From: an uncultured Deinococcaceae bacterium
GTDB taxonomy: Bacteria; Deinococcota; Deinococci; Deinococcales; Deinococcaceae
Assembly (NCBI GenBank): GCA_964252075.1
Contig: CAXULY010000006.1
Span: 32,001 to 96,000, forward strand
Reading direction: 5' to 3'
Length of the DNA stretch: 64,000 nucleotides
The notes under the pieces were generated by a model. It was given only the letters and a program-made list of their open reading frames with translations. It was not told the DNA's origin and did no database searches. Positions 57,090 through 64,000 of this stretch are shown piece after piece (the stretch's first letter is position 1; every line of letters starts with the position of its first letter). The position numbers and the translations under genes were made by a program.

Positions 57090-57961
57090 GCGTCAGCCGG
57101 TCCCTCACGAACGCCGGAGGGGCGCGCCGCGCGCGCCGCTTCCCGCTCGGCCGGGCGCTCCTCACCGCCGCACTCGCGCTGGGCGGCGTGCTGATGCTGC
57201 TGCCGCTCGCATGGATGCTCGCCACGTCCCTCAAGCCGTCCGGGGACGTCCTGACCCTCCCGCCGCGCCTGATCCCCGCGCACCCCACCCTGCAGGCGTA
57301 CGTGGACGTCGCGCAAAGCTTCCCCATCTGGCGGGTCCTCGCGAACAGCGTGCTGGTCGCGGCGGCCACCACGCTCGGGCAGCTCATCGTGTCCGCGATG
57401 GCCGGGTACGCCTTCGCGCGCTTCGCCTTCAGGGGCCGCGACGCGCTCTTCACGGTGTTCCTCGCGACCCTGATGGTGCCCTTCGCGGTCACCATGACGC
57501 CGCTGTTCATCATCGTGAAGACGCTCGGCTGGACGAACTCCTACTGGGGGCTCATCGTGCCCGCCATGTTCAGCGCCTTCGGCGTGTTCCTGATGCGGCA
57601 GTTCTTCGCGTCCCTCCCCACCGAGCTCGAGGAGGCCGCGACGCTGGACGGCGCGAGCACCTGGCAGACCTTCACGCGCGTGATGCTGCCCCTCACCGGC
57701 CCAGCCCTCGCGACCCTCGGCATCTTCGCCTTCATGGGCTCCTGGAACAACTTCCTGTGGCCGCTGCTCATCGTCTCGGACCCGCGCCTCATGACGCTGC
57801 CGCTGGCGCTCGCCACCCTGCAGGGCATCTACCCCGGCCAGACGCAGTGGAACCTCATCATGGCGGGCACCGTCATCACCGTCACGCCGATGATCCTGGT
57901 GTTCCTCCTCGCACAGCGCTGGGTGGTGGAGGGCATCACCACCAGCGGCCTGAAGGGGTGA
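57086..57961 (+). CDS. Carbohydrate ABC transporter permease 2
   Basis: AGYAFAR, ELEEAATLDGA, WNNFLWPL. Confidence 0.9.
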   Translation: MSVSRSLTNAGGARRARRFPLGRALLTAALALGGVLMLLPLAWMLATSLKPSGDVLTLPPRLIPAHPTLQAYVDVAQSFPIWRVLANSVLVAAATTLGQLIVSAMAGYAFARFAFRGRDALFTVFLATLMVPFAVTMTPLFIIVKTLGWTNSYWGLIVPAMFSAFGVFLMRQFFASLPTELEEAATLDGASTWQTFTRVMLPLTGPALATLGIFAFMGSWNNFLWPLLIVSDPRLMTLPLALATLQGIYPGQTQWNLIMAGTVITVTPMILVFLLAQRWVVEGITTSGLKG

Positions 57962-58031
57962 TGCCGCTGACGTGACGCCCGACCGCGCGCCCGCTCACCG
58001 TGACCCGCCCCTCACCCTGGAGGTACCGCCC

Positions 58032-59243
58032 ATGAAACGACTGCTGACGCTCGCCCTGCTCTCGGCCCTCGGTTCCGCCCTCGCGCAGACCACCCTGAAC
58101 TTCTCGTCGTTCACGGCGGACGCCACGCACATCGATGACATGCGCGCCCTCATCGCGAGTTTTGAGCAGGCGAACCCCGGCATCAAGGTGAACCTCGTGA
58201 CGGCCCCCTTCGACTCGTACTTCACGAAGCTGCAGACGGACATCGCGGCGGGCAGCGCGCCGGACGTGTTCGAGCTGAACTACGAGAACTTCGTGTCCTT
58301 CGCCAGCAGGAACACCCTGCGGCCCATCCCGACGAGCGCCGCGCTCGGGAAGTCCTTCTACCCGGCGGCGCTGAACGCCTTCAAGTACGCCGGGCAGCAG
58401 CAGGCCCTCCCCATCTCGTTCAGCACCTCGGTGCTCTTCTACAACAAGGACCTGTTCGACAAGGCCGGGCTGAAGTACCCGACCGCGAACTGGAAGTGGG
58501 CGGACGTCATCAACGCGGCGCAGAAACTCAACAACCCCGCGCAGCGCGTGTGGGGCATGTACCAGCCCGTGCAGTTCTGGGAGTTCTACAAGGCGGCGGC
58601 GCAGGCGGGCGGCGGCCTGAAGGTGAGCGGCGGCAGCGTGCAGATCGACACGCCGCAGAACCGCCAGGCGCTGCACTACCTGGTGGACAAGGTGCTCGTC
58701 ACGAAGGTCATGCCGACCGACGCGCAGATGAGCGGCGTCGCGAACGAGGACCTGTTCCTGAACGGCCAGCTCGGCATGCTGGTGAGCGGCATCTGGATGT
58801 TCGACAAGTTCAGCAAGGCGCCCTTCAAGTGGGACATCGCGGTGGAGCCGGGCAGCGCGAAGAAAGCCACGCACTTCTTCGCGAACGCCGTCGCGATCAG
58901 CCGCACCACCCGCAACGCCGCCGCGGCGGAGAAATGGGCGGCGTTCCTCGCGGCCAGCCCCGTGACCGCGCAGCGCCGCATCGCGTCCAGCTGGGAACTG
59001 CCCGCCCTGAGCCTCGCGCAGCGCACGGTGATCGCGCCGTACCTCGCCAAGACGCCCCCCGCGAACCGCGAGGCGGTCTTCGATTCCCTGCAGTACGTGA
59101 TCACCCCGCCGGTCGTGGCGCAGCAGTCGCAGCTGCAGGACATCGTGAATCAGGAACTGCAGGCCGCCGCGCTCGGGCAGAAGACCGTCGAGCAGGCCCT
59201 CGCGAGCGCCCAGCAGCGCGTTCAGGGCCTGCTGCAGAAGTGA
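58032..59243 (+). CDS. Carbohydrate ABC transporter substrate-binding protein
   Basis: Signal peptide MKRLL, FEQANPGIKV, APDVF, FYNKDLFDKAG. Confidence 0.92.
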   Translation: MKRLLTLALLSALGSALAQTTLNFSSFTADATHIDDMRALIASFEQANPGIKVNLVTAPFDSYFTKLQTDIAAGSAPDVFELNYENFVSFASRNTLRPIPTSAALGKSFYPAALNAFKYAGQQQALPISFSTSVLFYNKDLFDKAGLKYPTANWKWADVINAAQKLNNPAQRVWGMYQPVQFWEFYKAAAQAGGGLKVSGGSVQIDTPQNRQALHYLVDKVLVTKVMPTDAQMSGVANEDLFLNGQLGMLVSGIWMFDKFSKAPFKWDIAVEPGSAKKATHFFANAVAISRTTRNAAAAEKWAAFLAASPVTAQRRIASSWELPALSLAQRTVIAPYLAKTPPANREAVFDSLQYVITPPVVAQQSQLQDIVNQELQAAALGQKTVEQALASAQQRVQGLLQK

Positions 59244-59289
59244 TGCGCCCGCGACCCACCCCCCTTCCCCGCCGTGGAGGCCGCCCCGC

Positions 59290-61653
59290 ATGACCGCGTC
59301 CGTTCAGACCCTCACCATCACGCACGAGCCGCACGGCATCGACGACCCGTACAAGCGCCTCCCCACCGAACGCGACCCGCGCGACCCGCAGCCCGGCGAC
59401 ACCGTCCGCGTGGCCTTCCAGGCGGACGCCGAGCAGGCCAGCGTGCGCGTCACCGATTCGGTCGGTGAGCGCGAGGTGCCCGCCGTCGCCCTCGGCGGCG
59501 GGCAGTGGGCCGCGACGCTCGGGGAGGTCGCCTCCGGGACCACCACCTACCGCATTCACGCGGCGCGTGGCGAGGTGCAGGAGAGCAGCGCGCCCTACAC
59601 CTTCACGGTCGGCCACTGGCAGCACGTGACGGGCGTGCGGCGCGCGTGGGCGGGCGCGGACCGCGCCCTGCTGGCCCTCGACACCGAAAGCGGCGTCGCG
59701 TGCGTCCAGCTGAGCATCGAGCGGAGCGGCGTCTGCGCGCTGCGCTTCACCACCGACCCACCCGAGCCCGGTGACCTGCCAGAGGTGCCCGCTGACCTGC
59801 ACCTCACCGCGCTCGGCACCAGCGTCCATGTGGACCCGCAGGCCCTCACCGTCACGTGTGCGCTCTCTGGTGGCGGTGCGGCGACCGCGTCCCTCGCGCT
59901 GCGCTGGCTCGCGGACTCGGACGGCCTGGAGGTCACCGAGGTGCAGCTCCCCCTTGACCCGCACGAGGCGCTGTACGGCCTGGGGGAACGCTTCGACGGC
60001 GCGGACCGCCGCGGGAAGGTGTACGACGTGCGGGTGTACGAGGAGTACAAGGAGCAGGGCCCCCGCACGTACCTGCCAGTGCCGTTCGTGGTGTCGGACC
60101 GCGCGTGGGGCGCGTGGCTGGCGCACGAGGAACCCAGCACCTTCGACCTGCGCGGCGACCAGCTGACCATCACCGTGCAGCGCCTCCCGCACGCGCCCGC
60201 CACGCTCGACCTGTACCTGATGGCCGCCGAACGACCCTACGGCGTCACCGCGACCTTCACGGCCCTCACGGGCGGCCTCGCCCTCCCGCCCCGCTGGGCG
60301 TTCGGGCCGTGGATGTCCAGCAACGACTGGAACTCCCAGGCGCGCACCCTGCGCGAGGTGCGCCGCACCCTCAGCGAGGACGTCCCCGCCACGGTGCTGG
60401 TGCTCGAGGCGTGGAGCGACGAGAGCACCTTCTACATCTTCAACGACGCGCGCTACACCCCCACGGGCGGCGACGCGCCCCTCACGCTGCGGGACTTCAC
60501 CTTCGGGGGGCGCTGGCCGGACCCGAAGGCCCTCGTTGACGAGTGCCACGCGGCGGGCATCCACGTGCTGCTGTGGCAGATCCCCGTGCAGAAACGCCTG
60601 GAGGAACCGCACGCGCAGCACGACGCGGACGAACGCGTGATGCTGGACCGCGGGTACGCGATCCGCGCCCAGGACGGGTCCGCGTACCGCTGCCGCGGCT
60701 GGTGGTTCACGGACGGCCTCGTGATGGACTTCAGTCACCCCGGGGCGCGCGACTGGTGGTTCGCGAAACGCCAGTACCTCCTCGACGAACTGGGCATCGA
60801 CGGCATGAAGACCGACGGCGGCGAGCACCTGTGGGGCCGCGACCTGCGCGCGCACGACGGGCGGCGCGGCCTCGCCCTGTACAACGCCTACAGCAACGGG
60901 TACGTCGGCGCGTACCACGACTTCATCCTGGCGCGCACGCGCGGCGAGGGCCTCACCTTCTCCCGCGCCGGGTACACCGGCGCGGGCCGCACGCCCGGGC
61001 ACTGGGCGGGCGACGAGAACAGCACCTGGGACGCGTACCGGCACAGCATCCAGGCGGGCCTCTCGGCGGGCGTGAGCGGCGTGAGCCTGTGGGCGTGGGA
61101 CATCGCGGGCTTCAGCGGTGACGTCCCCACCGCGGAGCTGTACCTGCGCTCCACCGCCTTCGCGACCTTCTGCCCCCTCATGCAGTACCACAGCGAGTTC
61201 AACCCCGTCACGGAGAACCGCGACCGCACCCCCTGGAACATCGCCGAGCGCACCGGCGACCCCCGCGCGCTGGACGTGTACCGGCGCTACGCGCAGCTGC
61301 GCATGCGCCTCCTCGATGACCTGCACGAGGAAGCGCGGCACGCGACGGAAACGGGCGCGCCCCTCATGCGCTACCCGGCGCTGGAGTACCCGGAGGCGCG
61401 GGCGTTCCTCACACAGGACCCGCACGCGTACCTGTTCGGCCGGGACCTGCTGGTGTGCCCCGTCGTGGAGAAGGGCGCGCTGGCGCGCGAGGTGATCCTC
61501 CCGCCCGGCGACTGGACGGACCTGTGGTCCGGCAGTGACTTCAGCGGGAACGCCCGCTGGGTGGTGCCCGCGCCGCTCGACCGCATCCCGGTGTTCGTGC
61601 GGCGCGACAGCCCGCGCCGCGCCGCCCTCCTCACGGCTGCCGCGGCATTCTGA
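59290..61653 (+). CDS. GH31 glycoside hydrolase, cytoplasmic (1,3-alpha-isomaltosidase / cycloalternan-degrading-like)
   Basis: YGLGERF, LEAWSDESTFYIFND, MKTDGGE, WAGDENSTW, WDIAGF, MQYHSE; no signal peptide. Confidence 0.88.
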   Translation: MTASVQTLTITHEPHGIDDPYKRLPTERDPRDPQPGDTVRVAFQADAEQASVRVTDSVGEREVPAVALGGGQWAATLGEVASGTTTYRIHAARGEVQESSAPYTFTVGHWQHVTGVRRAWAGADRALLALDTESGVACVQLSIERSGVCALRFTTDPPEPGDLPEVPADLHLTALGTSVHVDPQALTVTCALSGGGAATASLALRWLADSDGLEVTEVQLPLDPHEALYGLGERFDGADRRGKVYDVRVYEEYKEQGPRTYLPVPFVVSDRAWGAWLAHEEPSTFDLRGDQLTITVQRLPHAPATLDLYLMAAERPYGVTATFTALTGGLALPPRWAFGPWMSSNDWNSQARTLREVRRTLSEDVPATVLVLEAWSDESTFYIFNDARYTPTGGDAPLTLRDFTFGGRWPDPKALVDECHAAGIHVLLWQIPVQKRLEEPHAQHDADERVMLDRGYAIRAQDGSAYRCRGWWFTDGLVMDFSHPGARDWWFAKRQYLLDELGIDGMKTDGGEHLWGRDLRAHDGRRGLALYNAYSNGYVGAYHDFILARTRGEGLTFSRAGYTGAGRTPGHWAGDENSTWDAYRHSIQAGLSAGVSGVSLWAWDIAGFSGDVPTAELYLRSTAFATFCPLMQYHSEFNPVTENRDRTPWNIAERTGDPRALDVYRRYAQLRMRLLDDLHEEARHATETGAPLMRYPALEYPEARAFLTQDPHAYLFGRDLLVCPVVEKGALAREVILPPGDWTDLWSGSDFSGNARWVVPAPLDRIPVFVRRDSPRRAALLTAAAAF

Positions 61654-61778
61654 GCGCACGACACCAGGGAGAGATGGTCCGGTGGGGCGCAATGTGACCG
61701 CACACCACCCCGCTCGGGGCGCGCGTCCGCCTCCTCCATCCACGCGCCCCGCTGGTCCTTTTCGGCGACAATGGCCGG

Positions 61779-63500
61779 GTGCCTTCCCACCCCGACTTCG
61801 ACCGCCTCGCGCAGCGCGCCCGCGCCTGGACCCTGGACCTCGTGCGGCAGCCCAGCGTCACGAACTCGGCGGGCGAAACGGCGTTCGGGCCGTGGCTGCG
61901 CGACCGCCTCCTCGCCCTCCCGGCCTTCGCGGGACGCGCGGGGGACGTGCGCGTCGAGCGGACGCTGGACGACGCGCACGAGCGCTCCACCGTCTTCGCC
62001 CTCGCGCGGGGCCGCGGGCCGCGCACCCTGGTCCTGACCGGGCATTACGACGTGGTGGACGTGGGGAATTACGGGACGCTCGCGGCGTACGCCTTCGACC
62101 CGGAGACGCTGCGGCCCCGCCTGATCGAGGAATTGCGCGCGAACGGGCGTGGCGCCGCGGACGACCTCGCGTGGCACGACCTGACGGGCGGGGACTTCCT
62201 GCCGGGCCGCGCGGCGCTCGACATGAAGAGCGGCCTCGCGGCGGGCCTCGCCGTGCTGGAGGCCTTCCTGGAGGATGGGGAGCGCGAGGGCAACCTGCTG
62301 TTCGTGGCGGTGCCGGACGAGGAGGAAGCGTCCCACGGCATGCGCTCCGCCGCGCGGCAGTTGCCGCTCCTGGCGCGCGCGTGGGGCCTGGACCTGGTGG
62401 GCGCCGTGAATCTCGACGCGGAAGTCGACGTGGACGACGGCGACCTGGGTCGCGCGGTCTTCCTCGGGAGTGTCGGGAAGCTGCTGCCGAGCGTCCTGCT
62501 GGTGGGGCGGCCCACGCACGCGGGCGCCCCCTTCGACGGCGTGAGCGCGGCGCTCATGGCGGCGGAACTGCTGCGCCGCATGGAACTCAGCCCCGACCTT
62601 ATCGATCCGGGCGTGGCGGGCGAGCCGGGCCCGCCGCCCGTCGCGCTGGGCCTGTACGACCTCAAGCCGTACTACAACATCACCACGCCGGAGATGGTGT
62701 GGGTGACCTTCAACGTGCTGCTGCGCGCCCACACGCCCCGTGACGTGCTCGCGGCCGTCATGAACGCCGCGCGGGAGGCGCTGGACGCCGCGCTGGGGAC
62801 CTCCCGTGAGCGGGCCGCGGTGTTCGCGACGCGCTCCGGCACCAGCGCGCCCGCGCTGGACGTCGTGCCGGAAGTGCTGACGTGGGCGGACCTGGCGGTG
62901 CGGGTGCACGACCGTGGCGGCGAGGTGGCCGCCGCGCGCCTCGCCGCGCTCGCCGCGGACCTCGCGGCGGACGCCTCCCTGGACGCGCCGCGCGTGTGCC
63001 AGCGCCTCACGGAGGCCGCCGCGCGCGAGGCGGGCCTGGAAGGTCCCGCCGCCGTCGTCGGCTTCGGGTCGCTGTACTACCCGCCCGCCACCCTCGGGGC
63101 CGACCCGGCCGCGCGGGCGCTCCTCGCGGCCGTGCGGGCCGCCATGGACGCGGTGCGGGCGGAGACGGGCGAAACCGTGCGCCTGCGGCCGTTCTTCCCG
63201 GGCGTCTCGGACATGAGCTTCCTGAGCCTCGCGCCCGACCCGGAGGGACTCGCGGTGGTCACGGCGAACACGCCCGCGTGGGGCACGCGGCTCAACTTCG
63301 ATTATGGCGCCGCCGCGCAGGGCGGCCTGCCCGTGGTGAACGCCGGGCCGTGGGGCCGCGATTACCACCAGCGCACCGAGCGCGTCCACACGCCCTACGC
63401 CTTCGGCACCCTCCCGAGGCTCCTGTGGCGCCTCGCGTCCGCCGCCCTCGCCGCGCGGGAAGCTCCGGGTGAAGCTGAGGGCGCCAGCGCGCAGGACTGA
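61779..63500 (+). CDS. M20-family peptidase, RocB-like
   Basis: LTGHYDVV, GRAALDMKSG, PDEE..SHG, FPGVSDMSF, GP.GRDYHQRTER. Confidence 0.88.
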   Translation: MPSHPDFDRLAQRARAWTLDLVRQPSVTNSAGETAFGPWLRDRLLALPAFAGRAGDVRVERTLDDAHERSTVFALARGRGPRTLVLTGHYDVVDVGNYGTLAAYAFDPETLRPRLIEELRANGRGAADDLAWHDLTGGDFLPGRAALDMKSGLAAGLAVLEAFLEDGEREGNLLFVAVPDEEEASHGMRSAARQLPLLARAWGLDLVGAVNLDAEVDVDDGDLGRAVFLGSVGKLLPSVLLVGRPTHAGAPFDGVSAALMAAELLRRMELSPDLIDPGVAGEPGPPPVALGLYDLKPYYNITTPEMVWVTFNVLLRAHTPRDVLAAVMNAAREALDAALGTSRERAAVFATRSGTSAPALDVVPEVLTWADLAVRVHDRGGEVAAARLAALAADLAADASLDAPRVCQRLTEAAAREAGLEGPAAVVGFGSLYYPPATLGADPAARALLAAVRAAMDAVRAETGETVRLRPFFPGVSDMSFLSLAPDPEGLAVVTANTPAWGTRLNFDYGAAAQGGLPVVNAGPWGRDYHQRTERVHTPYAFGTLPRLLWRLASAALAAREAPGEAEGASAQD

Positions 63501-63532
63501 CAGGGGCATCAAGAGGTTCGCAGCCATAGGTC

Positions 63533-64000
63533 CTAATGGGCAGAGCGTTCTGGGGTCTCCCCCGCCGCTGCGGGTTCACCTCCGGGCCACATGGGCCGCG
63601 CGCCCCACACGAACGGTTCCAGCGCCGCGGGGCGCGCCTCCCCGAGCGCGAGGGCGGCGGCGGCCTCCCCCACGCCCGCGCTGTGCTTGAAGCCGTGCCC
63701 GGAGCAGGCGGACACCACCGTCACGCGCGGCGATCCGGGCGGCGCGTCCATCAGGAAGCCCGCGTCGGGCGTGGTGGTGTACAGGCAGACTTTCGACGCC
63801 ACCGCGCTCCGCGTGAGGCCCTGGAAGCGCCCCTCGGCGTGCGCCGCCCAGAACGCCTCGGCCTCCGCCGGGTGCACGTCGCGCGCCACGGCGTCCGGGT
63901 GCGTGGCGCGCTCGAACTGCTCGGTCGCCAGCTTCACGGCGCCCGTGGCGTCCGCGATGGGGAAGCCGTAGAAGTGCGCGCCGCGCGGCCCGTGGTGCCA
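63533..64000 (-). CDS. Monomeric sarcosine / N-methyltryptophan oxidase (SolA-like), C-terminal part; 5' end outside the window
   Basis: FYGFP, CLYTTTPD (FAD-linked Cys), ACSGHGFKH. Confidence 0.85.
   Translation of the reverse strand, partial: WHHGPRGAHFYGFPIADATGAVKLATEQFERATHPDAVARDVHPAEAEAFWAAHAEGRFQGLTRSAVASKVCLYTTTPDAGFLMDAPPGSPRVTVVSACSGHGFKHSAGVGEAAAALALGEARPAALEPFVWGARPMWPGGEPAAAGETPERSAH

Noticed and set aside
1..64000. Many long antisense or alternative-frame ORFs (e.g. 27141..30143-, 41464..43857-, 59101..61743-, 15571..17547+)
   Set aside because: They are shadows of real genes in high-GC DNA: Arg/Ala/Gly-rich or reverse-complement patterned, with no motifs or RBS.

Overview
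Very GC-rich, gene-dense bacterial chromosomal window whose gene content and promoter style point to Deinococcus (inference). No rRNA, tRNA, CRISPR array or transposase was recognised. It has five blocks. (1) 1-12.7 kb, plus a satellite at 44.2-47.4 kb: secreted/lipoprotein genes (copper proteins, a delta-60-repeat lipoprotein, paralogous unknown exported proteins) preceded by the same unusual promoter, AATCA-N6-AATCA-N12-TANNNT (7 clear copies, 2 degenerate), which looks like an undescribed activator regulon. (2) 15.7-40.8 kb: a peptide-scavenging island with three Opp/Dpp-type ABC clusters lacking ATPases, seven peptidases, an inverted M24 duplication and a tandem binding-protein duplication. 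(3) 40.8-44.1 kb: formylglutamate amidohydrolase-like gene plus a split FluG/NodGS-type pair. (4) 47.7-54.9 kb: the uncharacterised STM4015-STM4011-type operon (LRR, ATP-grasp, alkaline-phosphatase-fold hydrolase, two radical SAM enzymes) converging on a small protein / LRR-DUF6745-like / HAD operon whose promoter carries a near-perfect 17-bp RDRM (DdrO-type) palindrome. (5) 55-61.7 kb: ROK regulator, sugar ABC transporter and GH31 enzyme resembling the cycloalternan uptake/degradation locus, followed by RocB-like and SolA-like genes. Family names come from motif recognition only; no database search was run.
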